A program made the translations under genes and the position numbers. 64,000 bases of DNA, from positions 2,201 to 66,200 of the forward strand of contig CASTST010000002.1 in assembly GCA_949451655.1 (NCBI GenBank), read 5' to 3'. This document shows positions 60,802-64,000 of the stretch, piece after piece (the stretch's first letter is position 1; every line of letters starts with the position of its first letter). Source of the stretch: an uncultured Eubacteriales bacterium (GTDB lineage Bacteria > Bacillota > Clostridia > Oscillospirales > CAG-272). The notes below the pieces were generated by a model that saw only the letters and a list, made by a program, of their open reading frames with translations, did no database searches and was not told the DNA's origin.

Positions 60802-61041
60802 TTATACTTTTGCTGCAACGTTTTCCATGAAAAACGTTTTGACTGTGTCCGGTGTTACGGAGAAAAACGCATCATCCACGGTCACGCACACGCCCTGCTG
60901 ACACTTACCCATGCAGAAGGTACCTGCAAGCTCTACTTTATCGCCCAGATTGTTTTCATGAATCAGATACTGCAGCTGTTCCACTACCTGACGGGAACCT
61001 TTAATATGGCAGGAGGAACCGATACAAACTGTGATTTTCAT
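60802..61041 (-). CDS. Thioredoxin-like [2Fe-2S] ferredoxin domain protein (paralogue)
   Basis: 79 aa from ATG 61041. Cys pattern CIGSSC .. CMGKC. Paralogous to the downstream gene. Confidence 0.7.
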   Translation of the reverse strand: MKITVCIGSSCHIKGSRQVVEQLQYLIHENNLGDKVELAGTFCMGKCQQGVCVTVDDAFFSVTPDTVKTFFMENVAAKV

Positions 61042-61059
61042 ATATTTCACACCTTTCTA

Positions 61060-61809
61060 TTATTCGTAGTCTACTACGTTGATCCAGGAATACAGGAATT
61101 CGCGTTCGTTTTCGTTTGCCTTCACTACCTGAGAAGCCGCTACAATGGGCATCCATTTCTGCACATACTGCTTTGCAGTATTGCTTTTGTCGCAGAACAG
61201 CTCCAGATATCTGTCTGCGCCGGCAATATCTCCTGCCAGCCAGAACAGCAGGTAGGTTCTTGCCGCGTCCGCAGAAGCGTTGCCCTGGGTGGCGTGTGAC
61301 CAGTCCAGTATATACGGCGTGCCATCCTCCGCTATGATGATGTTCGACGGGTTGAAATCTCCGTGGCATACCTTGTTGTGCTTCGGCATGGACTCCAACC
61401 GGGTGTGCAGGTCATAACGCACCGTAGCGGACAAGTCTGTCTGACAGATTTTCCGGTTCATTTTATCCTTGAGCTTGTTCAGCATGGGGCAGGTTTTGCT
61501 GTGGGTTTCCAGCTGCAACCCCACAAACAGATTCAAATACTGTTCTTTTTCTGCGGGATTTTCCTGCATATGCTGCGCCAGTGTCTTACCCTTGATATAA
61601 TCGGAAACGATTGCCCATTTTCCATCAATCATGGTCACTTCCAAAACCCGGGGAATGTTGAGTCCGGTTTCCTCAATCCGTGCCTGATTCAATGCCTCAT
61701 TCAGCACGTCCGCCTTGGAGTAGTCCTCCTGAAACACCTTCAGGCACCGGTCTCCGTCGCGGTACACGGTTTTATTGTTTCTGACTGCAATAATGCGATC
61801 CAAATTCAT
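61060..61809 (-). CDS. Protein-kinase-like fold phosphotransferase (APH/choline-kinase family)
   Basis: 249 aa. VCHGDFNPSNIII catalytic loop and ILDWSHA (DxS/D) motif. Confidence 0.7.
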   Translation of the reverse strand: MNLDRIIAVRNNKTVYRDGDRCLKVFQEDYSKADVLNEALNQARIEETGLNIPRVLEVTMIDGKWAIVSDYIKGKTLAQHMQENPAEKEQYLNLFVGLQLETHSKTCPMLNKLKDKMNRKICQTDLSATVRYDLHTRLESMPKHNKVCHGDFNPSNIIIAEDGTPYILDWSHATQGNASADAARTYLLFWLAGDIAGADRYLELFCDKSNTAKQYVQKWMPIVAASQVVKANENEREFLYSWINVVDYE

Positions 61810-61831
61810 AGCAAAATCCTATCCTTTCCAC

Positions 61832-64000
61832 TCACAGTTGAGAATGCTCACCATAGTAAGCATTGAGATACATCTGCTTGATCTCGGACATGAGGGGATA
61901 TCTGGGGTTGGCGCCTGTGCACTGATCGTCAAACGCCTGCTCTACCATGTCGTCCAAACGTGCAAGGAAATCTTCTTCATCCGGTACGTAGTCCCGGATC
62001 GTTTTCTTGATCCCTACCCGCTCCTTCAATGCATCTATCGCTGCAATCAGTCCTTCCAGCTTCTCCGTATCGTTCTTTCCCTTAATGCCCAATGCATCCG
62101 CTACCTCTGCATACCGTGCCAACGTATGGGGATGATCGTACTGGGAAAACGTTCCCATCTTCACCGGTGTTTCCGATGCGTTGAACCGAAGCACCTCGTC
62201 TATCATCAGCGCATTTGCTACGCCGTGGGGCAGATGGTGGAATGCGCCCAGCTTATGCGCCATAGAATGGCATACTCCAAGGAACGCGTTCGCAAACGCC
62301 ATACCCGCCATCGTTGCCGCGTTCGCCATCTTCTCACGAGCCTTTGCGTCCGTCTGTCCGTTGTCGTATGCTCTGGGCAGATATTCAAAAATTACCTTCA
62401 GTGCCTGGATTGCCAGACCGTCTGTGTAATCTGTTGCCAACATCGCTGCGTATGCTTCCAGTGCATGGGTTACTGCGTCAATACCGGACGCTGCAGTCAG
62501 TCCCTTCGGTGCGGACATATGGAGATCCGCGTCAACAATTGCCATATTCGGCATCAGCTCATAGTCTGCAAGGGGATACTTTACGCCGGTGTTTTCATCT
62601 GTGATGACCGCGAAAGGCGTTACCTCAGAGCCTGTACCTGCAGAGGTGGGGATTGCAATGAAGTATGCCTTCTCTCCCATTTTCGGGAAGGTATAGATAC
62701 GCTTGCGGATGTCGATAAACCGCATTGCCATATCCATGAAGTCTGCTTCCGGATGCTCATACAGCACCCACATGATTTTTGCCGCGTCCATTGCGGAGCC
62801 GCCGCCCAGGGCGATGATCGTATCCGGCTGGAACGCCTTCATCTGTTCTGCGCCACGTTTTGCACAGCCCAGCGTGGGATCCGGTTCCACATCAAAGAAT
62901 GTGGTGTGCTGGATTCCCATTTCGTCCAGCTTATCGGTGATTGCTTTTGTATATCCGTTCTTATACAGGAAGTTGTCTGTTACCAGGAAGGCACGTTTTT
63001 TGCCCATCACTGTTTTCAGTTCATCCAGAGCAACCGGCAGGCAGCCCTTCTTCATATATACCTTTTCCGGTGCGCGGAACCACAGCATGTTTTCCCTTCT
63101 TTCTGCCACTGTCTTAATGTTCAGCAAATGTTTTACCCCTACGTTTTCCGATACGGAGTTGCCGCCCCAGGAGCCGCAGCCCAGTGTAAGGGAAGGCGCC
63201 AGCTTGAAGTTATACAGATCTCCGATGCCGCCGTGGGAGGAGGGGGTATTTACCAGAATACGGCAGGTTTTCATCCGGGCTGCGAATTCGTCCAGCTTTT
63301 CCTTACCGGTAGCTACGTCCAGATAGATAGAAGAGGTATGACCGTAGCCGCCGTCTGCGATAAGCTGTTCTGCTTTGGCGAATGCGTCCTGAATGTTCTT
63401 TGCCTTATACATAGCGAGTACGGGAGAGAGCTTCTCGTGAGCGAACTCTTCGGAGATATCTACGCTTTCCACTTCTCCGATAAGGATTTTGGTCTTTTCC
63501 GGAACGGTAACGCCGGCAAGTCCTGCGATGGTGTGAGCGGACTGACCCACGATTTTCGCGTTCAGTGCGCCGTTGATGAGGATGGTTTTCCGGACCTTTT
63601 CCGTTTCTTCCGGAGAGAGGAAGTAGCAACCTCTGTCTGCGAATTCCTTCTTTACTGCTTTATATACTTTATCCAGTACGATCACAGACTGCTCAGATGC
63701 GCAGATCATACCGTTATCAAAGGTTTTGGAATGGATAATGGAGTTGACTGCCAGCAGGATATCCGCGGTATCGTCGATGATAGCGGGGGTGTTGCCCGCA
63801 CCTACGCCTACGGCAGGTTTTCCGCTGGAGTAAGCAGCCTTTACCATACCGGGACCGCCGGTTGCCAGGATGATATCTGCTTCCTTCATAATCAGGTTGG
63901 TCATATCCAGGCTGGGCACATCAATCCAGCCGATGATATCCTCCGGTGCGCCTGCTGCCACTGCTGCTTCCAATACAATTTTCGCTGCTGCGATGGTGCA
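61832..64000 (-). CDS. adhE: Bifunctional acetaldehyde-CoA/alcohol dehydrogenase (N-terminus beyond the window edge)
   Basis: The reading frame is open to the window end. Covers the C-terminal part of the ALDH domain, the linker and the iron-type ADH domain (GGGSAMDAAK, HxxxH region CHSMAHKLGAFHHLPHG). Confidence 0.9.
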   Translation of the reverse strand, partial: CTIAAAKIVLEAAVAAGAPEDIIGWIDVPSLDMTNLIMKEADIILATGGPGMVKAAYSSGKPAVGVGAGNTPAIIDDTADILLAVNSIIHSKTFDNGMICASEQSVIVLDKVYKAVKKEFADRGCYFLSPEETEKVRKTILINGALNAKIVGQSAHTIAGLAGVTVPEKTKILIGEVESVDISEEFAHEKLSPVLAMYKAKNIQDAFAKAEQLIADGGYGHTSSIYLDVATGKEKLDEFAARMKTCRILVNTPSSHGGIGDLYNFKLAPSLTLGCGSWGGNSVSENVGVKHLLNIKTVAERRENMLWFRAPEKVYMKKGCLPVALDELKTVMGKKRAFLVTDNFLYKNGYTKAITDKLDEMGIQHTTFFDVEPDPTLGCAKRGAEQMKAFQPDTIIALGGGSAMDAAKIMWVLYEHPEADFMDMAMRFIDIRKRIYTFPKMGEKAYFIAIPTSAGTGSEVTPFAVITDENTGVKYPLADYELMPNMAIVDADLHMSAPKGLTAASGIDAVTHALEAYAAMLATDYTDGLAIQALKVIFEYLPRAYDNGQTDAKAREKMANAATMAGMAFANAFLGVCHSMAHKLGAFHHLPHGVANALMIDEVLRFNASETPVKMGTFSQYDHPHTLARYAEVADALGIKGKNDTEKLEGLIAAIDALKERVGIKKTIRDYVPDEEDFLARLDDMVEQAFDDQCTGANPRYPLMSEIKQMYLNAYYGEHSQL

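Overview
All calls come from reading the sequence and the ORF track. No searches or computations were run, so family names are motif recognition from memory and start codons are approximate.

The window looks like a moderately GC-rich Clostridia-type anaerobe chromosome. The housekeeping backbone includes iorAB, aroK, a PTS operon (HPr, EI, EIIABC), queA, miaA, uvrA, uvrB, pyrG, an aconitase-family hydratase, an aminotransferase, a catalytic and a sensory [FeFe]-hydrogenase, and a partial adhE.

Two accessory segments interrupt this backbone:
- Segment 1 (about 9.0-17.5 kb): an RHS/YD-repeat polymorphic-toxin locus. It holds a 1920-aa RHS protein with an unrecognised 274-aa C-terminal tip, a lipoprotein immunity candidate, and a toxin-less orphan core copy that forms a 1.1-kb near-identical direct repeat. 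It abuts a 5'-truncated tyrosine integrase beside tRNA-fMet and tRNA-Leu.
- Segment 2 (about 23.3-38.2 kb, between queA and miaA): an AT-richer stretch with a large serine recombinase, an integrase-N-domain-only protein and an Xis-like HTH protein, followed by a degraded rfb cluster.

The best candidate for an undescribed system sits in segment 2 at 27055-34197. It is a co-directional three-gene cassette with its own promoter and terminator:
- an HTH + AAA-ATPase-like + PD-(D/E)XK protein;
- a 1483-aa Upf1/DNA2-like SF1B helicase with a roughly 250-aa coiled-coil insertion and a C-terminal HEPN-like Rx4H motif;
- a DUF5710-like / CxxC..CxxC protein.

Separately, ten backbone intergenic regions are filled with a mosaic family of palindromic repeats, about 4.4 kb in total. 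These include 12 copies of a 60-67-bp core bounded by GAGGGATTGT/ACAATCCCTC inverted repeats. Neither accessory segment contains any copy.
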